This document shows positions 26,980-36,424 of a stretch of 64,000 nt of DNA, one piece after another (positions within the stretch are counted from its first letter, which is position 1; every line of letters begins with the position of its first letter). This DNA comes from Acidobacteriota bacterium (lineage in GTDB: Bacteria > Actinomycetota > Acidimicrobiia > Spongiisociales > ZC4RG35). The notes below the pieces were generated by a model that saw nothing but the letters and a program-made list of their open reading frames with translations, was not told the DNA's origin and did not search any database. The translations under genes and the position numbers were made by a program. The DNA lies in the NCBI GenBank assembly GCA_022573225.1, contig JACZUI010000002.1, positions 28,751 to 92,750 of the forward strand, read 5' to 3'.

Positions 26980-28233
26980 ATGAGACAAGAAGTGGTAAAT
27001 GCTCTGGAGCGACTCGAGGCCGGTGACCGCGATATACGGGCCTTTCTCCCCGAGCCACGCCGTCAGCAGCGGGTGCTTGGTGACTTCGATGATGCCGCGA
27101 AGCAGTTCAACGATTCCGCGCCACCGGACCTGTTCGGTGTGATGATCGGCGTCAAGGACATCATCAACGTTGACGGGTTATCCACCCTGGCCGGGTCTGA
27201 GCTTCCGTCTTCCCTATTCGATGGGCCCGAGGCCGCGATGATTCGGCGTCTTCGCGGCGCGGGAGCACTCATCGCGGGGAAGACCGTCACCACCGAATTC
27301 GCATTCTCGGAGCCCGGCCCAACCCGCAACCCCCGGAGCCACGCGCACACTCCTGGCGGATCGAGCAGCGGATCCGCCGCGGCAGTCGCCGCGGGCCTGG
27401 TTCCGATTGCAATTGGAACTCAGACGGTGGATTCCATCATCACGCCAGCCGCATATTGCGATGTCGTCGGTTTCAAACCCAGCTTCGGGCGGATACCTCT
27501 CGATGGCGTCGTTCCCTTCTCTCCTTCGATGGACCACGCCGGCCTGCTCGCGGTCGACGTCGGGACTGTCGGCCGCGGAGCATCAGTGATCTGCGACGCC
27601 TGGAGCGACGTCAAGACACGACCTGGTCTCGTCCTGGGTGTTCCAGACCTCTCATATGTCGGTCTGGCCGACCCTGAAGCTGTCTCCATGTTCGAGGCAA
27701 ACCTCGAGGCGTTGCGGGCCAGGGGTTACTCCATCGTGGAAACATCTCTTCTCTCCGACATCGATTCCATCAGATCGACCCACCGGCGGCTCAATGCGGC
27801 GGAGTTTGCGGGGGTCCATGCCGATTGGTTCTCCCGCCATGGCCACAGATACCGGCCAAGGACGGCAGGACTCTTTGCCGAAGGCGTCGCGCTCCCGGAA
27901 TCGGCCGTCAGAGAGGGCCGGGAAAGCGGAGAGGCGTTGAGACGCTCGCTGGAGGATGAAATGAACCGGCACGGGATCGCGGCCTGGATCTCGCCTGGCG
28001 CCACCGGCCCGGCCCCACTTGGTCTGGATTACATCGGAGATCCCATCATGGCTGTCCCTTGGACCCATGCCCATCTGCCGGTAGTTGCGCTGCCCGCCGG
28101 TGAAACGTCAGACGGTCTCCCGCTCGGCATCCAACTCGCGGGACGATTCAACGAAGACGAGAGGCTGCTGGATCTTGCTGCGTCGGTTGAGGAAGCGTTG
28201 AGGAGGTTCGCTGAGGTCACCGGAAGTCCCTAG
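26980..28233 (+). CDS. amidase (amidase-signature family, GatA-like)
   Basis: GGSSSGSAAAVAAG amidase signature and KDIINVDG motif. Start taken at ATG 26980 (MRQEVVNALERLE). Confidence 0.8.
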   Translation: MRQEVVNALERLEAGDRDIRAFLPEPRRQQRVLGDFDDAAKQFNDSAPPDLFGVMIGVKDIINVDGLSTLAGSELPSSLFDGPEAAMIRRLRGAGALIAGKTVTTEFAFSEPGPTRNPRSHAHTPGGSSSGSAAAVAAGLVPIAIGTQTVDSIITPAAYCDVVGFKPSFGRIPLDGVVPFSPSMDHAGLLAVDVGTVGRGASVICDAWSDVKTRPGLVLGVPDLSYVGLADPEAVSMFEANLEALRARGYSIVETSLLSDIDSIRSTHRRLNAAEFAGVHADWFSRHGHRYRPRTAGLFAEGVALPESAVREGRESGEALRRSLEDEMNRHGIAAWISPGATGPAPLGLDYIGDPIMAVPWTHAHLPVVALPAGETSDGLPLGIQLAGRFNEDERLLDLAASVEEALRRFAEVTGSP

Positions 28234-31200
28234 ACCTCACCGTCTGCACCCCGAGCGGCTCGAAGTCGCGGGCGACGATGTTGGTGACCCCATCGTGATA
28301 CTCGAGACGACCATGGATCACGAGGGCCGGGCTCTTCCGGACCACATTGCGGTGTTTCGCCCACACATCAGGCAGAACCACGATGTTCAACAGCCCCGTC
28401 TCATCCTCCAGGTTGAGGAAGTAGACCCCCTTGGCGGTTCCCGGCCGTTGCCGATGGGTGATCACCCCGGCCACCTTGACCCGTGAGCCGTTGCGTTTCA
28501 TATCCAATGCCTCCGCGGCGGTGAGACAATCCTCCAACTGGTCTCTGACAAAGCTCATCGGATGGCGCGCGGAAACCCCGGTGGACCACAGATCGGCTCG
28601 ATGGGATTCCTCCTCGGTCATCTCTTCCAATCCAGGTGCCTCGACACCGGGCGAAAGCGGGAGACGTTCCGGGTCGATCTCGGCAAGAGCACCCGCCGCC
28701 CACATCCCCTCCCGACGTTCCAGGCCCACCGACTCCAGCGCACCAGCGGCAGCCAGACCTTGCAATGAGTCGACATCGAGCCCGGTGCGAAACGCCAGGT
28801 CTTCCGGTGAGGTGAACTCACCACCCAGAATCCGGGCGGCCTCTACCCGGGTGACCTCTTTCTCCCCCAGGTTCTTCACATAGCGAAGCCCCATCCGCAC
28901 CCCCACCGGCGGTCGGATCGGATCGTCGACCGTCCCTCTCCCCCGTCGCCACTCCTGGCCCAGATAGCGAACGATGTCGTCGGGATCGGCCTCGATCGCC
29001 TCGATGGTGCAGTCGTGCCAGGACACGTTCACATCTGGGCCGAGTACCACCACACCGTGACGTTGGGCATCCTGAGCCAGTGAGTTTGGGCTGTAGAACC
29101 CCATCGGCTGGGCGTTGAGCAACCCGGCGAGATACTCGGCCGGGTAGTGGAACCGGAGCCAGGCCGACATGTAGACGATGTAGGCGAAGCTCACCGAGTG
29201 ACTCTCGGGAAAGCCGAAGCTGGCGAAACCCTGGAGCTTCTCCCAGATCTCGTCGGCGGCCGCACCGGTGATCCCGTTTCCGGCCATCCCCTCATAGACC
29301 TCGCCCTGGAGCCGGGCCATTGCCTTATCCGACCGTTTGTGGGTCATCGCCTGACGGAGACGATCGGCCTGAGATCCGTTGAAACCAGCACAGATCCGGG
29401 CCAGCTCCATCAGTTGCTCCTGGAAGATGGGTACACCCAGCGTCTTCTCGAGGACCGGCTTGGTAGAGGGATGGGGATAGCGCACCGGCTCCTCGCCGTT
29501 GCGTCTCCGCAGATACGGGTGAACCGACTGCCCCTGGATCGGCCCGGGCCGGATGAGGGCCACCTCAACTGCGAGGTCGTAGAAGGTCTTTGGCTTCATC
29601 TTGGGCAGGGTCGCCATCTGCGCCCGTGATTCGATCTGGAAAAGCCCCACGGTGTCAGACCGGGTCATCGACCGATAGATCGCCGGCTCCTGGGCGATCC
29701 GAGCCAGGTCGATCTCGATCCCGTGGGTGTCCTCGATCAGGTCGGTAGCCAGATGTAGAGCGTTCAGCATCCCCAGTCCGAGCAGGTCGAACTTGACCAT
29801 CCCCACCGCCGCGGAGTCGTCCTTGTCCCACTGGATGACAGTCCGCCCCTCCATCCGACCCCACTCCAGGGGCACCACCTGCCAGAGAGGGCGGTCGGCG
29901 ATGACCATCCCCCCGGAGTGGATGCCGAGATGACGGGGGTACCCGTCGAGACGCCAACAGATGTCGTAGATCATCTCGGCGGTCATTCCCTCGGGCAATG
30001 GGGTGTCCATCCGCAGCTGAGCCGGGTCGCGGGTGTCGACATAGCGGGAGAGACCGTCTACCTGCGCCTGGGTGAAACCAAACGTTTTCGCCACATCTCG
30101 CAACACCGACCGGGCCCGATAGGTGATGACATTGGCCACCATCGCCGCCCGCTCCCGCCCGTACTTGCGATAGCAATACTGGATTACCTCTTCACGGCGG
30201 TCGGCCTCGAAGTCGATATCGATATCCGGGGGCTTGCCCCGCTCCTCGGAGAGGAATCGCTCGAAGGGAAGATGGAGCCGGATCGGATCGACCCGGGTCA
30301 GTCCGATACACCGACACACCGCCGAGTCGGCCCCCGACCCCCTGATCTGGCAATAGATGTCCTGATCACGGGCAAAATCGACCAGGTCCTTGACCACCAG
30401 GAAGTAGCCGGGGAACTCGAGTCGCTCGATGATGTCCAGCTCGTGCTCAAGCCGACGCCTGGCCTCAGGGTCGATACCGTCGTCGGACCCCGGGTACACG
30501 TCCCGTGCTCCCTCCCAGGTGAGATGACGGAGATAGTCCATCTCGTCGCGGAAGTGTTCCGGCATCGGGAAGTCGGGCAGCCGCGGGGCAACCAGACCAA
30601 GATCAAAGGCGAGCCGTCGTCCCATCTCGCCGGCTCGAGCAACCACGCCCGGGTAACGAGCAAATCGGTGGGCCATCTCCTCGGGGTGTTTCAGATACCG
30701 CTCGTCGCTGGCCGGCCGGAATCCGTCGGCCTGAGCCAGAGTCCGGCGTCCCCCGATGGCGGCAAGCACTTCGGAGAGATAGGCGTCTCGACGATCGTGA
30801 TAATGAACCTGGTTGGTTGCCACCGCGGACAAACCCAGCTTCTGGGCCACCTCCCACATCAGATCGTTGCGTTGGTCGTCCTCGGGCATCCCGTGATGCC
30901 ACAACTCCATGTGCAGACGGGGACCGAACAGCTCCCTGAGCCGTGAGGCTGCCCGGATGGTGGCCCCGAGATCACCGTTGGCCGCCGCCTTGGGGACCGC
31001 TCCGGCGTGGCACCCGGTGAGGGCGTGGATGCCGGTGTTGGCAGCGGCGGTGGCCAGGTCGCCCCAGTTGTAGATGGGATGGTCCTTCTCACCTCTCATC
31101 TGAGCTTTGGTGATCAGATGAGAGAGCTCCCGATACCCATCAGGGGACCCGGAGAGCAGAACCAGATGATCGGATTCGGGAAGATCGGTGGGCTTGGTCC

Positions 31201-31534
31201 CATGGGCGCGGACACTGCGTCCCCTCCGCAACCGGCCCTGGCCGCCCTTGGTGCGGGCGTATCGTTCCTGATCCCACGACTCGGCCCTGATAATCGGGTC
31301 GGACGCACCCCCGGGGTTCATCTCCAGACTGATCTCGACCCCATAGATGACAGGCAACCCGGTCTCCTTGGCTGCCTGCCAGAACCGCGATACCCCATAG
31401 AACCCGTCGTGATCCGTTACGGCCAGGGCCTCATAACCAAGCTCAACCGCCCGTTCCGCAAGATCCTCGGGATGAGACGCCCCGTCGAGAAACGAGAAGT
31501 TGGTGTGACAGTGAAGTTCTGCATACCTGCTCAC
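28217..31534 (-). CDS. dnaE2: error-prone DNA polymerase III alpha subunit DnaE2
   Basis: 1105 aa. PHP domain N-terminus YAELHCHTNFSFLDGAS, polymerase core and OB fold. GTG start lies 14 nt from a LexA box. Partner imuA'/imuB genes are present in the window. Confidence 0.9.
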   Translation of the reverse strand: MSRYAELHCHTNFSFLDGASHPEDLAERAVELGYEALAVTDHDGFYGVSRFWQAAKETGLPVIYGVEISLEMNPGGASDPIIRAESWDQERYARTKGGQGRLRRGRSVRAHGTKPTDLPESDHLVLLSGSPDGYRELSHLITKAQMRGEKDHPIYNWGDLATAAANTGIHALTGCHAGAVPKAAANGDLGATIRAASRLRELFGPRLHMELWHHGMPEDDQRNDLMWEVAQKLGLSAVATNQVHYHDRRDAYLSEVLAAIGGRRTLAQADGFRPASDERYLKHPEEMAHRFARYPGVVARAGEMGRRLAFDLGLVAPRLPDFPMPEHFRDEMDYLRHLTWEGARDVYPGSDDGIDPEARRRLEHELDIIERLEFPGYFLVVKDLVDFARDQDIYCQIRGSGADSAVCRCIGLTRVDPIRLHLPFERFLSEERGKPPDIDIDFEADRREEVIQYCYRKYGRERAAMVANVITYRARSVLRDVAKTFGFTQAQVDGLSRYVDTRDPAQLRMDTPLPEGMTAEMIYDICWRLDGYPRHLGIHSGGMVIADRPLWQVVPLEWGRMEGRTVIQWDKDDSAAVGMVKFDLLGLGMLNALHLATDLIEDTHGIEIDLARIAQEPAIYRSMTRSDTVGLFQIESRAQMATLPKMKPKTFYDLAVEVALIRPGPIQGQSVHPYLRRRNGEEPVRYPHPSTKPVLEKTLGVPIFQEQLMELARICAGFNGSQADRLRQAMTHKRSDKAMARLQGEVYEGMAGNGITGAAADEIWEKLQGFASFGFPESHSVSFAYIVYMSAWLRFHYPAEYLAGLLNAQPMGFYSPNSLAQDAQRHGVVVLGPDVNVSWHDCTIEAIEADPDDIVRYLGQEWRRGRGTVDDPIRPPVGVRMGLRYVKNLGEKEVTRVEAARILGGEFTSPEDLAFRTGLDVDSLQGLAAAGALESVGLERREGMWAAGALAEIDPERLPLSPGVEAPGLEEMTEEESHRADLWSTGVSARHPMSFVRDQLEDCLTAAEALDMKRNGSRVKVAGVITHRQRPGTAKGVYFLNLEDETGLLNIVVLPDVWAKHRNVVRKSPALVIHGRLEYHDGVTNIVARDFEPLGVQTVRSRDFR

Positions 31535-31547
31535 CCCTCACACTATA

Positions 31548-31563
31548 TCGAACATATGTTCGA
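31548..31563. promoter_or_regulatory. LexA (SOS) box, TCGAAC-N4-GTTCGA type
   Basis: Perfect palindrome tcgaacatatgttcga between dnaE2 (-) and the alpha/beta hydrolase gene (+). Identical to the box at 52777-52792. Confidence 0.8.
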
Positions 31564-31645
31564 TATGTTCATGACATGCCCCCAATGCACAGCCTCGGCG
31601 CCAACTACCCGGGTATGAAACGGTTCCAGGCAGTACCTTGTCGAT

Positions 31646-32527
31646 ATGCACGACCTAGCGGTACCCGTCAACGGCGGAGACATCAACGTCTGGTATCGCG
31701 AGGCCAAAGCCGACTCCCCCACGGTCGTCCTCATCCACGGCCTGATCGGCAACTCCCGTTGGTGGACTCCGGTCATTTCACATCTTCCCGCCGACCTAGG
31801 TCTGATCGCACTCGACGTCCGCGGACGGGGGGCCAGCTGGGAGGCACCAGGCCCTTACCACCTCAAGACGATTGCCGATGATGTGGTGCTCTGTCTCGAC
31901 CGTCTTGGAATTGAGTCCGGCACGGTGGTCGGCTATTCGATGGGCGCCTGGGTGGCGAACCTGATCGGCAAACACCATCCCGATCGAGCCGACCGCTTGG
32001 TGCTGGTCGACGGTGGCTTTCCGATCGAGTTCGACGAGGGGCTGGATGCGGAGGAAATCCTCGACCAGATCGTCGGCCCGTCACTACAACGGATATCGAT
32101 GGAATTCGACTCCGTCAACGAATACTTCAGCTTCTTCAGCCAGCATCCTGCTCTGGCGGGGCGCTGGAATCCGACACTGGAGACCTTCCTTTCCTACGAC
32201 GTGCACCAGGTCGACAACAAATGGACGGCTCGGGCCAATCGTGAGGCGATCATCCAGGCCGGCTACGACTTCACTCTTGACCCCGACACGGTTTCGGCTT
32301 GGCGCGAGGTTGAGAGTTCGACCACTCTCCTCGTGGTCGACCACGACATGACCGACCAGCCTGGTGGATTCATACGGCTGGAGATCGCCCAAGAGGCCGC
32401 CGCCGCCAATAGGAAGATCCAGTGGAGACTCTTGGAGGGTCTCAACCACTACACCCTGATGTTCGGCGACGGCGCTCCCCTTGTAGCCGAGGCCATCGTG
32501 GGTGACGGCAGCTACCGTCAGGCGTAG
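31646..32527 (+). CDS. alpha/beta hydrolase
   Basis: VVLIHGLIGNSRWW (HG oxyanion region), nucleophile elbow GYSMGA; 293 aa. Confidence 0.8.
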   Translation: MHDLAVPVNGGDINVWYREAKADSPTVVLIHGLIGNSRWWTPVISHLPADLGLIALDVRGRGASWEAPGPYHLKTIADDVVLCLDRLGIESGTVVGYSMGAWVANLIGKHHPDRADRLVLVDGGFPIEFDEGLDAEEILDQIVGPSLQRISMEFDSVNEYFSFFSQHPALAGRWNPTLETFLSYDVHQVDNKWTARANREAIIQAGYDFTLDPDTVSAWREVESSTTLLVVDHDMTDQPGGFIRLEIAQEAAAANRKIQWRLLEGLNHYTLMFGDGAPLVAEAIVGDGSYRQA

Positions 32528-32535
32528 GAGGAAGC

Positions 32536-32760
32536 ATGTCGTCTATCACCAAAACAATCCGTCTCTCCGGAAAGGCCGGAGACTCCATCGAGGACGCGGT
32601 TAGAACCGTCCTGGCCCGGGCCGCCTCGACCATCTCTGATATTCAGAAGTTCGAGATCGTCAAGGTCGGCGGCGTCGTCGACGACGCTGGCGCTCCCACC
32701 CTGTTCTCCGTGACGCTCGACATCACCTTCGGCATCAAGGATCCCGTCGAACACGGATGA
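32536..32760 (+). CDS. dodecin family flavin-binding protein
   Basis: 74 aa. The pattern ...IRLSGKAGDSIEDAVRTVLARAASTISDIQKFEIVKVGG.V.D......F.V.L.I.F matches small dodecins. Confidence 0.75.
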   Translation: MSSITKTIRLSGKAGDSIEDAVRTVLARAASTISDIQKFEIVKVGGVVDDAGAPTLFSVTLDITFGIKDPVEHG

Positions 32761-33047
32761 TGAGTCTGGGCGCAGCTAACCGCTGATGCTCTTCGATAGC
32801 GGTGAGATGAACACGATCCATGGGACGCTCCGCTAGCCGCTCGTAGGCAATGACGTGTTTTGAGTTGACGCAGGGGATATCTTCGACACGAAGTCGATTC
32901 CGTATTGATCGTAAGAAGAACGTGCATGACGGAGTGTCGCACATGATGCTTTGCGGTCGCCGGCCGCTTCCCGACAGATGCGTCATGTGGAGTCGCCACG
33001 AACTGTCAGCCTCTCATTACGCTGCCGTACCTGTTGCCAATGAATCC

Positions 33048-34241
33048 ATGTCAGCGCTTGGCGTTTCTTCACCGATGAACACAGCCAATTCCAAAGCGCT
33101 GGTGGCATCCGATGACTTCCCGGCCAGCCATCGATCCGCATATCTGAATACCGCATCGGTCTGTCTGGTGTACGCCGGAGCCGAACACGCGACTACTGCC
33201 TGGTTCGCTGATCTGGCGGAGCACGGCACCAGTCAGTTCGATGAGAAAGCCGAGACCGCGGTGTTTGCCGGCCTCCACGCTGCGGCCGCCAAACTCCTCA
33301 ATTCAAGGCCCACCGACATCGCGGCGGGCTCCAGCGCCACCGAGCTGATCGCCTCCATTGCGTGGGCAGTCGCCCCACCACAGGGCAGCAATATCGTTGC
33401 GGTCGAAGCGGTGTTCCCGAGCACCGTGTATCCGTGGATGCGGGTGGCCACACATACCGGCGCCGAGATGAGATGGGTGGGCAAGGGTGGCGGGCTGGTG
33501 ACAGATGACGACGTGATCGCTGCGATCGATGAACGGACTTCGGTCGTGGCTCTGTCACATGTTGAGTATCGGACTGGATATCGCTACGACCTGGGTCGTT
33601 TGGCCGACGCCGCCCACGAAAACGGTGCACTCCTGGTCGTGGACGCCAGCCAATCTGCGGGGGCAATCACCATCGACGTCTCGTCAAACGAGGTCGACGC
33701 CCTGATCGTCGGCTCCTACAAGTGGCTCTGTGGGCCATTCGGTGCGGCCTTCATGTACCTCGACCCAGCACTACAGGCCACACTCGAGCCTGGTCTGGTG
33801 GGCTTTCGCAGCCATCGCAACATGTGGGACCTCGAGGCACAACGTATCGAGTTTGCCCAAGATGCCACCCGCTTCGAGTTCAGCACTATGGCCTATGGAT
33901 GTGCGATCGGCCTTGCCACGGCAATCGACTACCTGCTCGGCGTCGGAGTGGAAACAATCTTCGAGTGGAACACGAGCCTCGCCGACCTGCTCATCGATGG
34001 GCTCGACCAACTCGGCGCCGACGTGATCTCCCCTCGCTCGGGTTCCGAGAGGACGTCGATCGTGGCTGCCCGTTTCATCGGCACCGATGTCGACGGCCTC
34101 GTCCACGCCTTGGACGAGGCCGGGGTCGTCGCCTCGGCTCGAATAGGCGCCCTCCGATTCTCCCCTCATCTCTACAACACAACGGATGACATCGACCGGG
34201 CACTCGAAGTGTTGCGGCGCACCGACAAAGCATCCGGGTGA
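33048..34241 (+). CDS. aminotransferase class V-fold PLP enzyme (cysteine desulfurase / SufS-CsdA-like)
   Basis: LVVDASQSAG, SYKWLCGPFG (PLP lysine region), and C-terminal RFSPHLYNT. The start is uncertain (ATG 33048 or 33075). Confidence 0.8.
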   Translation: MSALGVSSPMNTANSKALVASDDFPASHRSAYLNTASVCLVYAGAEHATTAWFADLAEHGTSQFDEKAETAVFAGLHAAAAKLLNSRPTDIAAGSSATELIASIAWAVAPPQGSNIVAVEAVFPSTVYPWMRVATHTGAEMRWVGKGGGLVTDDDVIAAIDERTSVVALSHVEYRTGYRYDLGRLADAAHENGALLVVDASQSAGAITIDVSSNEVDALIVGSYKWLCGPFGAAFMYLDPALQATLEPGLVGFRSHRNMWDLEAQRIEFAQDATRFEFSTMAYGCAIGLATAIDYLLGVGVETIFEWNTSLADLLIDGLDQLGADVISPRSGSERTSIVAARFIGTDVDGLVHALDEAGVVASARIGALRFSPHLYNTTDDIDRALEVLRRTDKASG

Positions 34242-35221
34242 CTCCCCTGACGACCCCAGCACCCCTATCCCTGGGCAATGGGATCCATCTGGTTCCGGTG
34301 CCACTCCCATTCAAAAGCCCGCCCTGGGTCAATACCTACGCCGTCGAGGCCAACGGTGGACTGCTTCTCCTCGACTGTGGGACCGATTGGGATCGTGGGC
34401 GTGAGGCGATCAGAGAGGGCTTCTCCACTCTCGGCTTGGAAGAATCGGCGGTTCATACCTTGGTCGTCTCCCATCTCCACCCGGACCATGTCGGGATGGC
34501 GGCCCGGCTGATTGAAGAATGGGGTTGTCGTTTCGTCATGCATGAGCGCGCCACGAAGCTCGTCGATCGCTACAACGACACTCCCGGGTACATAGAGCGT
34601 CTCACTCGAATCGCCACCGGCCACGGTGTCCCCGACTTCACGATGGCGGAGATAACCGACGTGGTGCGCCCCGACTACATGCCACCCATTTCCCCTCCTG
34701 ACAAGACGGTGGAGGACGGTGACATCATCGACATCGGCGGGGGACGATCCTTGGAGGTCGTGCACACTCCGGGCCACGAGCCAACACACATCTGCCTCCG
34801 CGACAGCCGAACCGGAATCCTATTCTCCGGCGACCACGTGCTCCCTCGGATCTCGCCGGTGATCATGTACGACGAGGATCTCGGTGACGTTCTCGGCGAT
34901 TATCTGGGCTCGCTCCAGAAGCTTCTCGATCTCGGCATTGGTGTCACCTATCCGGCCCACGGCACCCTCATCGACCAGGGCGGAGAGAGAACACGGCAGC
35001 TCCTCCTCCATCATGATCGACGTCTCCTCGACATGGCCGAGCTGGTCCGAACCGGCGACACCAACGCCTGGAAGGTGATGCTCAAGTCGTTTCGCCCCAA
35101 TCTCGAGCCACTTCAGGCGCGGCTTGCCTTTCTGGAGACTATTTCGCATCTGGAACACCTCCGACTGACGGGGCGGATCCAGGTCGAAGAACGCAACGGA
35201 CTGATGATCTATCTGAGCTGA
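34238..35221 (+). CDS. MBL-fold metallo-hydrolase
   Basis: VVSHLHPDHVGM (HxHxDH), TPGHEPTH, and a C-terminal winged-helix-like tail. 4-nt overlap with the upstream gene. Confidence 0.8.
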   Translation: MTPLTTPAPLSLGNGIHLVPVPLPFKSPPWVNTYAVEANGGLLLLDCGTDWDRGREAIREGFSTLGLEESAVHTLVVSHLHPDHVGMAARLIEEWGCRFVMHERATKLVDRYNDTPGYIERLTRIATGHGVPDFTMAEITDVVRPDYMPPISPPDKTVEDGDIIDIGGGRSLEVVHTPGHEPTHICLRDSRTGILFSGDHVLPRISPVIMYDEDLGDVLGDYLGSLQKLLDLGIGVTYPAHGTLIDQGGERTRQLLLHHDRRLLDMAELVRTGDTNAWKVMLKSFRPNLEPLQARLAFLETISHLEHLRLTGRIQVEERNGLMIYLS

Positions 35222-35406
35222 GTTTCTTGTCAGACGCCGCTTGTAGGTTGGTTGATATGAGAAGAGGGGAACTCGAAACCGATCGGTTTCTGCCCAGCCC
35301 GACCGGCACGTTGTCGGCTGTTCGACGGGGGGCGCTCACACCGGACTAGCTCCATCAGATAATCATTGACCGGGAACGCGACATTTCACGAGCTCGCGCC
35401 GATCAG

Positions 35407-36381
35407 ATGGCGGCGATCCGTGCCCACAAGGCGTTGCAGACTCACACCGCCGACGGCTACCGCTCGATGATCGACTGGCTGGCAGCCCGCGCCGACGTCT
35501 CACATCGGACCGCCCGGGCGATCTGTTGGACCGCCACCCGACTAGATGACGCTCCCGACGTGGAGAGGACCCTTGCTGACGGCGAGATCAGCTTCGACCG
35601 AGCCGAACAACTCGCCCGGCTGCCTAAGGAGAAACGCGAGAACCACGAATGGTTTGATATCGGCCAACTACGCAGACAGGTCGCCCACCACCGCCGACTC
35701 AGCCGGAAGCGGGAGCGAGCAACCTCCTCACCGTATCTCTACATCCACACCACCCTCGACGAAACCCGGTACGACCTGTGGGGCGAGTTCGGCGGTCTCG
35801 ACGGTGCAGTCGTCGAAAAAGCGCTCAATCAGCGAGCCGACGAACTCGACGGCAGTGAACAATTCGGAATTTCCCACCGTCGCGCCCTCGCTCTTGTTGC
35901 CATCTGCCAGGACTCCCTCTACCAGACCCACCACTCGGATAGCTCGCCCACATCTGAGGTGTCGATCACCATCGACGCCAGAACCGCGGTCGAAACCACC
36001 GGGGAGTCGGGCGTCGCGGTCCTAACCGGGCCCAGAATCGGAGCCCAGGCACTCGACGCCATACTTTGTGATGCAATCGTTGAAGTCGTCGGTATCAGCG
36101 AAGAAGGCACCCCGCTCAATATGGGGCGAAGGTCGAGAACCGTTCCGCCCACACTGCGCAGACACATCCTCACCAGGGACATGGGCTGCACCGTCGAAGG
36201 TTGCTCCTCCCGATACCGGCTCGAAGTTCATCATTCCCAGCCCTGGTCACGAGGTGGACGCACCGACGCGGAAAGCCTTGTTTCACTCTGCTGGTTTCAC
36301 CATCAGATCGTCGTCCACCGTGAAGGATTCGAGATCATCCCGGTCGGACAGTCAAGGGTCAGGCTGACCCGACCTATCTAG
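35407..36381 (+). CDS. DUF222 / HNH endonuclease protein (13E12-repeat type), apparently N-terminally truncated
   Basis: DUF222-like region (GYRSMIDWLAARADVSHRTA...) and C-terminal HNH (CTVEGC...LEVHHSQPWSRGGRTD...LCWFHHQIV). Family-like sequence continues upstream in frame (LHQIIIDRERDISRARADQ) but is cut by a TAG at 35347-35349. Confidence 0.7.
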   Translation: MAAIRAHKALQTHTADGYRSMIDWLAARADVSHRTARAICWTATRLDDAPDVERTLADGEISFDRAEQLARLPKEKRENHEWFDIGQLRRQVAHHRRLSRKRERATSSPYLYIHTTLDETRYDLWGEFGGLDGAVVEKALNQRADELDGSEQFGISHRRALALVAICQDSLYQTHHSDSSPTSEVSITIDARTAVETTGESGVAVLTGPRIGAQALDAILCDAIVEVVGISEEGTPLNMGRRSRTVPPTLRRHILTRDMGCTVEGCSSRYRLEVHHSQPWSRGGRTDAESLVSLCWFHHQIVVHREGFEIIPVGQSRVRLTRPI

Positions 36382-36424
36382 GGGTGGCCCTTCCCCACCA
36401 CCCCGTCGGTACCATCACCCGCAA

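Noticed and set aside
28217-28233. Convergent 3'-end overlaps: amidase/dnaE2 by 17 nt, and PPOX/5-FTHF cyclo-ligase at 49274-49299 by 26 nt.
   Set aside because: Short convergent overlaps are common in compact high-GC genomes, and nothing else is unusual at these sites.
35222-35406. Possible tRNA or att site next to the HNH gene.
   Set aside because: There is no cloverleaf, no T-loop (GGTTCGAATCC-like) sequence, and no flanking direct repeats.
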